Shown one piece after another: positions 33,625 to 41,910 of a DNA stretch of 64,000 nt. Numbering within the stretch: position 1 is the stretch's first letter; each line of letters begins with the position of its first letter. Both the position numbers and the translations under genes were made by a program. The notes beneath the pieces are model-generated. The model had not been told where the DNA came from and did no database searches. It was given only the letters and a program-made list of their open reading frames with translations. This DNA comes from an uncultured Solirubrobacterales bacterium (lineage in GTDB: Bacteria; Actinomycetota; Thermoleophilia; Solirubrobacterales; Solirubrobacteraceae): positions 612,520-676,519 of the forward strand of contig CAWGZH010000002.1 in the NCBI GenBank assembly GCA_963827045.1, in the 5' to 3' direction.

Positions 33625-35618
33625 TGCGAGGGCGCACGGTATCGGCGTGGCTCGGCGGCTCGCGGCTGGGGCTGGTCGTGATGGCGCTACTGGTCGGTGG
33701 GGGAGCGGGCTTGGGGGCGGTCGTCTTTCGAGAGCTCGTGTATGCCGTGACGTGGATTGTGACCGGGCACGAGCAGTTTGGGCAGCAAGGCCGCGAGGCG
33801 AGCCTGCACCTGGCGTGGCTTGGTATCGGTTTCTTCCTGGTGATCCCGGTGCTCGGCGGTCTGCTCTACGGGCCGCTGATCCAGCGCTTCGCTCGCGAGG
33901 CTCGCGGCCACGGGGTGCCGGAGGTGATGCTCTCGGTCGCCGAGAACGGCGGGCGGATTCGCCCGCAGGTGACGGTCGTAAAGGCGCTCGCCTCGGCACT
34001 CTGCATCGGCACGGGCGGCTCGGTGGGCCGCGAGGGGCCGATCGTCCAGATCGGTTCGGCGTTCGCCTCGACGGTCGGCCAGCGCGTGCGTATGTCCGAG
34101 CGCAACCTGCGGATCATCGTCGCGTGCGGCGCCGCAGGTGGGATCGCGGGCACGTTCAACGCGCCGCTCACGGGCCTGTTCTTCGGGTTTGAGATCGTGC
34201 TGCGCGAATTCTCACTAGACGCACTGTTTGCCACAGCTCTCTCGGCGGTCACCGCCGACTTGATCGGCCGTGCGTTCTTCGGCTCCGCGCCGTTCTTCTC
34301 CAGTTTCCCGCACAACCTGCTCGCGCCGCCAGACGCCACCTACCTGCTGATCGCCGCTCTCGGGCTCACCGCCGGCCTGATCGGCGTGGGCTTCAAGACA
34401 GTGCTTTACGGGATGGAGGACTATCTCGATCGTCTGTGGAAGGGTCGCCCGGAGTGGGCACGCCCCGCAGTGGGCGGCATCGTGCTCGGCGTGCTGCTGC
34501 TCGCGCTGCCACAGATGTACGGCGTCGGCTACCCGGTTATGGACAACATCGTCGCCGGCCACGAAGCGCTCTGGCTGATCGTGATCCTGATGGTCGGCAA
34601 GGTGGTCGCCTCGAGCCTCACCCTCTCGATCGGCGGCTCCGGTGGCGTGTTCGCGCCATCGCTGTTCACCGGAGCAGCCGGTGGCATGGCCTTCGGTGTC
34701 GTCGCCCGTCACATCTTCGGAGCAGACATCGGCCCGGCGGCGATGTACGCCGTGATCGCAATGGGAGGCGTCTTCGCAGGCGCCACCCAAGCACCGCTGA
34801 CCGCAATCGCGAGCGTGCTTGAGATGACCGGCAACTTCACTCTGACGCTCCCCGTGATGCTCGCCTGCGGGATCGCCGCAGCGGTCTCCAAGCGGCTCAC
34901 CTACGGCTCCATCTACACCACCAAGCTGCTACGCCGCGGCATCGACATCGAGCAACCCAAGCCCACCAGCGCACTGACGGCACTCACCATCGCCGAAGTG
35001 ATGCAGCCCATCACAAAAGACGACGGGCGAACTCGCCTGCTCGCGCCGCGAGAACTGAATGCAGAGTCCGCTACGGTCTCGCGCGAGCTGTGGGCCAGGC
35101 TCGCCGGTCCCGTTAACGAGATACGCGATCCGCAGGTACTTTTCGGCGAGGAGGATCTGGAGCACGCTCTGCGCCAGCTCGTGCTCTACGGCCACGACGG
35201 GCTGCCCGTCCTCTCCCACGACGAGCACACCCTGCAGGGATGGGTCACACGCGAGGACGTCATGCACGCGCTCATAGGACGCGTTCAAGCATCAGCGCGT
35301 GAGATCGAGCTAGGCGCCGAAGCCGCCGAGTTCGCCGTCAACGAACCACACAAGCAAGTTCACATCCCCACAATGCCACTTGACGGCTACGAGATCCTCG
35401 ACATCACGATCAGCCCACAGGCGACCGCCTGCGGACGCCGCCTCGGCGAGATGCACTGGCCAGCAGGCACCAACGTGCTCGCCACCAGCGAAGGAAACAA
35501 ACTCATCGCGCCCCGCGCAGACATCCAGCTACGCCCCGGCCAGCGACTCGTACTGCTCGCCCCCGCCGCAGCCTCACCGGACAATGCGCAGCAGACAACG
35601 GTTGTGACGCCGATCTAA
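33621..35618 (+). CDS. ClC chloride channel/antiporter with CBS and TrkA_C-like domains
   Basis: GHGVPEV, GGSVGREGP, FGFEIV, GGVFAPS, IYT; CBS-like HDGLPV..GWVTREDV. Confidence 0.9.
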   Translation: MMRGRTVSAWLGGSRLGLVVMALLVGGGAGLGAVVFRELVYAVTWIVTGHEQFGQQGREASLHLAWLGIGFFLVIPVLGGLLYGPLIQRFAREARGHGVPEVMLSVAENGGRIRPQVTVVKALASALCIGTGGSVGREGPIVQIGSAFASTVGQRVRMSERNLRIIVACGAAGGIAGTFNAPLTGLFFGFEIVLREFSLDALFATALSAVTADLIGRAFFGSAPFFSSFPHNLLAPPDATYLLIAALGLTAGLIGVGFKTVLYGMEDYLDRLWKGRPEWARPAVGGIVLGVLLLALPQMYGVGYPVMDNIVAGHEALWLIVILMVGKVVASSLTLSIGGSGGVFAPSLFTGAAGGMAFGVVARHIFGADIGPAAMYAVIAMGGVFAGATQAPLTAIASVLEMTGNFTLTLPVMLACGIAAAVSKRLTYGSIYTTKLLRRGIDIEQPKPTSALTALTIAEVMQPITKDDGRTRLLAPRELNAESATVSRELWARLAGPVNEIRDPQVLFGEEDLEHALRQLVLYGHDGLPVLSHDEHTLQGWVTREDVMHALIGRVQASAREIELGAEAAEFAVNEPHKQVHIPTMPLDGYEILDITISPQATACGRRLGEMHWPAGTNVLATSEGNKLIAPRADIQLRPGQRLVLLAPAAASPDNAQQTTVVTPI

Positions 35619-36297
35619 ATCCCATCCGGGCAGCGCGGGATGCTGGACGTGATCGTTCCCGCCGGGTTGTATGAGAAGTACAAGCTGCTGATCCGAGGGA
35701 GCCGTGCGTGGTTGACTGGTTATAGGGCAGGATGATCGGCCTGAGCCCGCAGCGGCTCAGTCGAACCGGCGGTGGTCTCCCGGCCCAGGGCCGTAATGTC
35801 ATACCCGCGCTTCTTCGCTGCCGCCACGAGCACGTCGTGCGCCGTGAGGAACCCGCGCGCCGCATCGAAGATGGCACCAGATCGAGACTCAAACAGCGCC
35901 GCACGTTCCCGGATCGCCCTCGGCTTCCCATCCAACGACACCCACGAACCGCTTATCGGTGTCCCTCTCGGTGTAGAACGCCTCTAGCGCCTCACGTTCT
36001 TGGAAAGCCCCTGCCGCCTTATATAGGTCGCGACGAGGAGGCTCAATCGCCGGGTCGCTGAAGCAGTGCTCCCGGTCGCCGTAGCGCTCGATGAACTCCG
36101 ACACCGGATCAAGCATTGTCAACGGCCAGGCGTGTGTGAAATCGTGAGCCCTGGATGCGTCGCATGGCTTGGCGTGACAGGAGCCCGAGAACTTCGTCAA
36201 GGAGCTGCTGGTCGGCGTCGGTTACACGGCGCCGTTGACGGAGGAGTGCTACGACCAGGCCCGCAATCACGAGCGACTCCCCGACAAACTAGTCGAA

Positions 36298-36627
36298 GCT
36301 ACCTGGGAGGCGAACAACAACCCCACCCCAATCGCAATCCCAGCCACCGCAAACAAATCCAACAACACCACACGCCGCGACCCAAACCGCAAACGAAACA
36401 ACCCCAACACACCACCCACACCCATGAGCCGCATCGAGAGCCGCCGAGTCACGATAGGACGCCTCGCGAGCAGGCTGCCGCCGCTGACCGATTGAATCGG
36501 GACTGTGCGCGAGCCGCGGGCACCTTGCCCAGAGCGTACGGCCTACGCCCCGGGGGAGCCGGCGCGGAGCCTCGCGCACGCTGATCGGTTGCCGCGCCAC
36601 CCATCACGAGCTTCGGACGAGGACGAC
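36298..36627 (-). repeat. 330-bp inverted copy of 53594-53923 (permease upstream region plus first 155 nt of its CDS)
   Basis: Paired coordinates sum to 90221 at both ends; mismatch GAGAGCCG vs GAGGTCCG seen; identical translations in the ORF track. Confidence 0.9.
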
Positions 36628-36779
36628 CCCCTTTGGTGCGCGTGTAAGTCTCGTTCAGAGAGAAAAGGGGTTAGTTCAACCCTCTCTTGCGCGAGCCGCG
36701 AAGTCACCGGATGTGGCTCCGACCGTCGGATGGCGCCACGCCAACTGACCTGATCTGCGCTCTACTTGACCATCTGCGG

Positions 36780-37160
36780 TCAGGCGACAGCGGCTTCGAG
36801 GCACCGGCCCATGTAACGCTCCACAAAGTCGCTGTAGCCAGGTGACTCGGCCCCTAGCCCCTCACGCATGGCGGCAGCGTCGGCGCGAGCCTGTAGCTCC
36901 TCAGCGATACTCGGCGTGAAAGACACGGAAACCATCGTGAGAGGCTCGGTGTCGCTCGCATCGGACGGCGGGTCCTCCTCGTGTGCCCGATACCCAGCCT
37001 CGAGCATCGCACTGAAGTGATCGCTCGCAAAGAACCCGTACTTGAGATCCCTTGCGGTAAACCCCGCGGCTTGAGCCGCCCGAGCGGCCTCTGTGCGGAG
37101 ACGATCGTGTGTCGCCGTGCTCACCACCACCACAAGTGGCGTCCTGTCCGGCTGTATCAT
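36780..37160 (-). CDS. Hypothetical protein, possibly tandem ribbon-helix-helix
   Basis: Two strand-helix-helix-like units: VVVVSTATHDRLRTEA and VSVSFTPSIAEELQARA...YSDFVERY. Confidence 0.5.
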   Translation of the reverse strand: MIQPDRTPLVVVVSTATHDRLRTEAARAAQAAGFTARDLKYGFFASDHFSAMLEAGYRAHEEDPPSDASDTEPLTMVSVSFTPSIAEELQARADAAAMREGLGAESPGYSDFVERYMGRCLEAAVA

Positions 37161-37265
37161 CGCGATGCAAAATAACGGCACGTTCGGCTGGCACGGCGGA
37201 TTCGCGCCTGTCAACTCAGCGCAGCCTGTGACGAGTTCACTGTACGACCGCTTGGGAGCGGGGGC

Positions 37266-38555
37266 TCAGGTGTGCGGCGAGGCGAGTATCCGATTCATTG
37301 CAGCCTCACCGCCGATGATCGGGGCCAGGACAAGGTAGGCGGCATGGTGGGCAAGTTGAGGTAGCTGCTGTGTGGCATTACGGGCGACGTACTGATGTGC
37401 GACGTGCCATACGGCGCCGACGATCGCTTCGGCGACGATCTCGGGCGGGCGAGCGTCGCTGGGTACGCGGCTCATCAGGAGTGCAGCGAACTTGTCCATG
37501 AGTCGCGACCGGCGCTCGATGCCGATGCATCCGGCCGCGAAGACCTCAATGAAGGCGCAGCGTGCGAACACTGGATCGTGGCCGACCCGGCTCATAAGTG
37601 CTGTCACTCCGCGCTGGATGGAGTCGATCCAGTCCGTACCTTCGAGCGCGGCCTCGGCTGCGGTAGCCACAACTTCTGCGCCCATCAGATCGTAGCTGTC
37701 CATGAAGCATTGCTCTCTCGACTCGTACAGGGCGAAGAATGCGTTGTCGGGGACCTTCGCTATTTGGACGATCCGGCTGATTGTCAGACTGGGATATCCA
37801 GAAGTGGCGGCGATCCATGCGGCGCTTTGGAGAATCCGAGACGAGTCTGGGTGCCCATCGGGGCTGGGGGCAGGTGGAAGCTGCTGCGATGTCGGTGTGG
37901 GCGGGTGCGGTAGCGCGAGCGCGTCTGCGCAATGGTATGACAGTGCCCAGTTGACCAGGATCGCCGCGAGGGCGGGGAGCTCGTTCTCGCGTCGTTCGAG
38001 GAGAAGCTGGCGTGTGACGCGGGATATCCCGCCGACGATCCCTCGTGCGACGAGCGGCGGAAGTGTTACGCCGTCTGGTGCTTTGATGAAGCTCGATTCG
38101 ATCAAGCTCTCGAACGCTCGGCTGACGCGTTCCATCGGCTCGAGCATCGTCGGTCCTGCGCCAAGGGCCTCGACTGTGGCGAGTCGGGCCGCCTTGGGCT
38201 CGTGGACGACCAACTGGGCGAAGGCGTCGAAGGCGCTGCGTAGTTGTGCTGTGCGGTCCTGCTCGGCGCGGTAGGCGCGGCTCACAGTGACAATCGCGAG
38301 ACGCGCGATGAATTCGTAGGTCGCGGCGAAGTACGCGTCCTTGGTCGGAAACTCGCGATAAATGGCTTCGCTTGAGACGTGCGCCGACTTGCGTAACGCG
38401 AGCATCGTGGTCCCTGAATAGCCGCGCTCGGCCACTACGTCGGTCATCGCCGCGAACATCCGGGCTCGCTGATGATGAATTATCTCCTGCCTTGTGAGTG
38501 CGGTGCCCTTTGGAGTCAACTTGCGGTAGGTAGTCGATTTCACACTCGCCGTCAT
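37266..38555 (-). CDS. Tandem (double) TetR-family regulator
   Basis: Two TetR HTHs: RMFAAM..VVAERGY...IYREF and RILQSA...SGY..LTI...FFALY. Confidence 0.85.
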   Translation of the reverse strand: MTASVKSTTYRKLTPKGTALTRQEIIHHQRARMFAAMTDVVAERGYSGTTMLALRKSAHVSSEAIYREFPTKDAYFAATYEFIARLAIVTVSRAYRAEQDRTAQLRSAFDAFAQLVVHEPKAARLATVEALGAGPTMLEPMERVSRAFESLIESSFIKAPDGVTLPPLVARGIVGGISRVTRQLLLERRENELPALAAILVNWALSYHCADALALPHPPTPTSQQLPPAPSPDGHPDSSRILQSAAWIAATSGYPSLTISRIVQIAKVPDNAFFALYESREQCFMDSYDLMGAEVVATAAEAALEGTDWIDSIQRGVTALMSRVGHDPVFARCAFIEVFAAGCIGIERRSRLMDKFAALLMSRVPSDARPPEIVAEAIVGAVWHVAHQYVARNATQQLPQLAHHAAYLVLAPIIGGEAAMNRILASPHT

Positions 38556-38719
38556 ACAGCGACCTTCCATGTGTTATCGACCGTCGACCCGCTCATGGCA
38601 TTTCTCCGTCAGTGTAAGGAACTGTCTCTAATAACTCAAGTCGGAGAGAGGCACCATTTCGACCCCTAGCCCTCATTAGGCATGACCCCGCGCCCCATGA
38701 CGCCCACACAAATCATCGA

Positions 38720-38799
38720 CTATCAGGAATAATTGATAGCAGATATCAGAGATAATGGCTAGCCGTCGCACAATTAACCGCTAATACAGGGGAATTAGC
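38720..38799. promoter_or_regulatory. Two 20-bp palindromes in an AT-rich divergent promoter region
   Basis: CTATCA-N8-TGATAG (38720-38739) and GCTAAT-N8-ATTAGC (38780-38799). Confidence 0.55.
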
Positions 38800-38849
38800 A
38801 GCTTTACTGGCTAGCGCGCGGGTCCTCCGTACTCAAGGGTTCGGGGCGC

Positions 38850-39137
38850 ATGGAAATAAGCCCAAATCCGCAGGTCGCGATCGGCCGCGCCGTCCGCACG
38901 CGTCGCGAAGAAATCGGCATGTCCCAAACGGCGCTCGGACTCGAGGTCGATTTGAAGCAATCGTGGATATCTCATATTGAGTTAGGCCGAGGAAACCCCT
39001 CCTACGGCACCCTTGATCGAATTGCTCGCGCTCTCGGCTGGTCTATGCCGCAGCTGTCTGCGCTTGCGGATGAGTTGGAGACCCAAGAGAGGCGACCAAC
39101 CAACAAGCCGCTCCCGAAGCCAGCCGCCCGCAGCTGA
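38850..39137 (+). CDS. XRE-family HTH regulator
   Basis: GRAVRTRREEIGMSQTALG...ISHIELGRGNPS...IARALG. Confidence 0.9.
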   Translation: MEISPNPQVAIGRAVRTRREEIGMSQTALGLEVDLKQSWISHIELGRGNPSYGTLDRIARALGWSMPQLSALADELETQERRPTNKPLPKPAARS

Positions 39138-39467
39138 TCGACCTAGCTCATGCGTTGTAATCTCCCGCGCCCTCTCGTTGACGGTCTCGACAATGCCTTC
39201 ATATCTCGGCTTTGCAGCCTGGCAGCGCTACCAACTCTGCCGCAACCTCGTTTCTTTAAAGTGTTGCGACGGTGGTCGTTCAACCACTTGCGTGCGGCTC
39301 GCTGACGCGGGCGCCGCCAACCGCGCGAGGACAGCCGCAAGCTGCGGGCTCCCAAGAGCATCCGCCCAGGCGAGCTATCGTGGATTCCGATAGCTGGACA
39401 CCCGCGCCAGTCGCTCCGACGGCGCGCGAAGACCCCGCAGCCAGCGAAAGGAGCAAAGCCAGGAGCG

Positions 39468-40385
39468 ATGGTCCCAAGGCCCCAGCACGTCGCGCACGCA
39501 ACCCTCGACCTCCTTGTCGAGGACTGGACCGTGCCCATCCTGCGGGCGTTGATGGTGGCGCCACGACGCCCCAGCGAGCTTGAGTCGCGCCTGCCAGGGG
39601 TAACCCACTCGGCCCTCATGCGACGCCTTGGCGAGCTCGTGAGCAAGAGACTCGCGAGCCGGAGCCGGGCATCGGTCCTAAACCCGACCGTCGTGTACGC
39701 GCTGACGAGCCCCGGTCGTTTGATCCTTGACGTCATGGGCGCTGCCGAGCGCTGGGAGCGCCGCTGGACCGACGAAACCACGGACGGCATCTCGGCACTC
39801 CACCTGATCGCCGACGAACCCACCCGCGAAATCCTGCTGGCGCTCGCTGAGGGGCCTCTCGCGCCCGCCCAGCTCGGGCGGCAGATATCCCTCTCCCGAT
39901 CACCGCTCCGCAGGCGGCTCGCCGGCCTCACAGCTCGCGACGTCCTCGAGCGGCGCGGGTCAGGGGGACATATCAGCTACGCCCTCACCGAGAGCGCCCG
40001 AGATCTCATGCTCGTGTCAATTGCCGCCGCCCGCTGGCAGTGGGAGGTCGAAGCGCCGGACCATCCGCCGCCAGCACTGAACGTCGTCCACATGGTGCAG
40101 ATGTTCGCCGAGCGAGCCGAGCTGCCCGCCGACCTCGAAGGCGTCTGCCATCTGCACGTCGAAGACGGCGCTGAGAAGCCAGTGGTGCTCCTTGCCGCCC
40201 AAGGGCGCCGCCTCACCGCGCTTCCCGCGCACACCGGCACACCACACGCTGTCTGCCACGCAACGCCCCACGAATGGTGCGACGCCCTCCTCCTACGCCG
40301 ATGGGGCAGCATCACAACCACCTATGGCGACCGTGCCCTGATGGCGGCGCTCATCGCCTGCATCAGTTCATCGCTTCTGACGTGA
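39468..40385 (+). CDS. Tandem HxlR-like wHTH regulator with C-terminal SCP2-like domain
   Basis: WTVPILRAL...SEL..RLPGVTHSAL..RL.EL...YALT, repeated in the second half. Confidence 0.75.
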   Translation: MVPRPQHVAHATLDLLVEDWTVPILRALMVAPRRPSELESRLPGVTHSALMRRLGELVSKRLASRSRASVLNPTVVYALTSPGRLILDVMGAAERWERRWTDETTDGISALHLIADEPTREILLALAEGPLAPAQLGRQISLSRSPLRRRLAGLTARDVLERRGSGGHISYALTESARDLMLVSIAAARWQWEVEAPDHPPPALNVVHMVQMFAERAELPADLEGVCHLHVEDGAEKPVVLLAAQGRRLTALPAHTGTPHAVCHATPHEWCDALLLRRWGSITTTYGDRALMAALIACISSSLLT

Positions 40386-40619
40386 GGCGTGGGCACTACG
40401 CGAGACATTTGCGTTAAGACTTCCTAAACATTTCGGATGGCAACTGGGCACCACATAGGTGACTTAATGGAGTCCTGATTCTTGGACTTTCGGCACCTGC
40501 TGGGCCAACGGACCAGCGCCTTCCGCTATGTGGCGCGGTCCCACCCAGGCGTCCCAACCACTAGCGCCTAAGCACTTTCACACAAACGGCGATTCTGTGC
40601 TAGACCATTCTCTCGTCCC

Positions 40620-40790
40620 GTTGTCGGGGCCAACCAACCCCGCACCGGGATCGCCCATGAAGTCGATCCAGGGAGGTGCGAATCGAGATCAGGTCACTAC
40701 TCGGGCAGACCTGCGACGACCAACGTCGCTTGTCCCGCAGCTGACCCGGCTGACTGCTTGCCAAACCACGGAGCAGCCGAAGTAAAGGGT
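40620..40790 (+). ncRNA. Divergent ydaO/c-di-AMP riboswitch-like leader (tentative)
   Basis: Colinear blocks ACCGGGA, GGTGCGAATCG, GGCAGACC, CCCGCAGCTGACCCGG resemble remembered actinobacterial ydaO blocks; not covariance-tested. Confidence 0.4.
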
Positions 40791-40873
40791 ACTAGTAGAA
40801 GTCAGCCCCGAGGCGGCGTCGCCTATCAACGAGAGCCGCCACGGAGCCAACCACTACAAGAAGGAGTATAGCC

Positions 40874-41437
40874 ATGCGTAGGAATCTCCTACTCAGCCTG
40901 GTGTCGGCGCTCGTGCTCGGTGCAATGGGCACCGCCGCACCCGCGTTTGCAAACTGGACCCCGAACGAAACCAAGGTGACGTTTGCCAGCAGCAATGTCG
41001 CGTTCGAAATCGAAAACGAAGGAAAAACCATCACTACACTGGGCTGCGCGGGAACGTCGGCGTTCGGCGAAACCGGCAAAAACACGGCGTCGTTCACATT
41101 CATGCCGGAATTCGCGAATTGTACGTTTACCGCCACGGCCACCGCTGGTTGGAAAGCCATCGCGGTAACCGCGACCGAAGCCAACATCGAAATACCGATA
41201 AAAGGCGCCACTATCACCGACGGTGCCTGCAAAATCGAACTGGCGCCAACGAAAGCGGAAACGATCAAAGGAACATACAAAGCCGGAAAACCCTCCACGT
41301 GGACCTTCGCACCGACAAGCATAGGAATAGCGGAAAACGCCATCAATTGCTTCAACAAAATAACCGCACAGACCAAAGCCACGATCAAAGCGACGATCAT
41401 TGTGATCGGCGCAGGCGGCGCCATGATTGAACCTTGA
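40874..41437 (+). CDS. Small secreted beta-rich protein with 4 Cys (possible fibre subunit)
   Basis: AAGGAG RBS, signal peptide to APAFA, Thr/Ala-rich beta strands, no anchor. Confidence 0.75.
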   Translation: MRRNLLLSLVSALVLGAMGTAAPAFANWTPNETKVTFASSNVAFEIENEGKTITTLGCAGTSAFGETGKNTASFTFMPEFANCTFTATATAGWKAIAVTATEANIEIPIKGATITDGACKIELAPTKAETIKGTYKAGKPSTWTFAPTSIGIAENAINCFNKITAQTKATIKATIIVIGAGGAMIEP

Positions 41438-41491
41438 CGCCTGACGACGGCGTGCTAAGGACTGTGCCGACAGCCGAATGAAGCAATTACC

Positions 41492-41520
41492 GCGCCCGGG
41501 GCCTCGACCGTCCCGGGCGC
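41492..41520 (+). terminator. Stem-loop after the small secreted gene
   Basis: GCGCCCGGG...CCCGGGCGC. Confidence 0.45.
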
Positions 41521-41910
41521 ACGGCGTTACCGGTATTACCCCATGCTGGCGCCTCACGGCACGCACCCGCACGGCCGAAGAGCGACGCGCCTCGACTGAG
41601 CGACCGAGGCCGAGCGAGTTCAGCTCTAGCCCCGCGCGCTGAAGAAGCGTCTTAGTGACCGCGCGCCCGATTGCATCCGAGTCCTCTCACGATCACGGCC
41701 AGCGAGCTTCAGGCTGCCGTCATCCTCCATCTCCAAGGCGCGATACCTCGGCTTGCTCGGGCGACAAGCTGATCACCGCTGGGCGAGCGCCTTTAAGAAA
41801 CGTCGTTGATCCCGAGACTAGCAAACGTCATCGTGGCTGAATCGAGGGAGATCCCTCTTGTGCCCGAACTCGAGAGAGTCGGGTAGGGACGAGGACCAAG
41901 GGAGCACCAA

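Noticed and set aside
35720-36297. Coding-like fragments on both strands
   Set aside because: No recognisable motif or complete frame; noted only as likely debris beside the inverted duplication.
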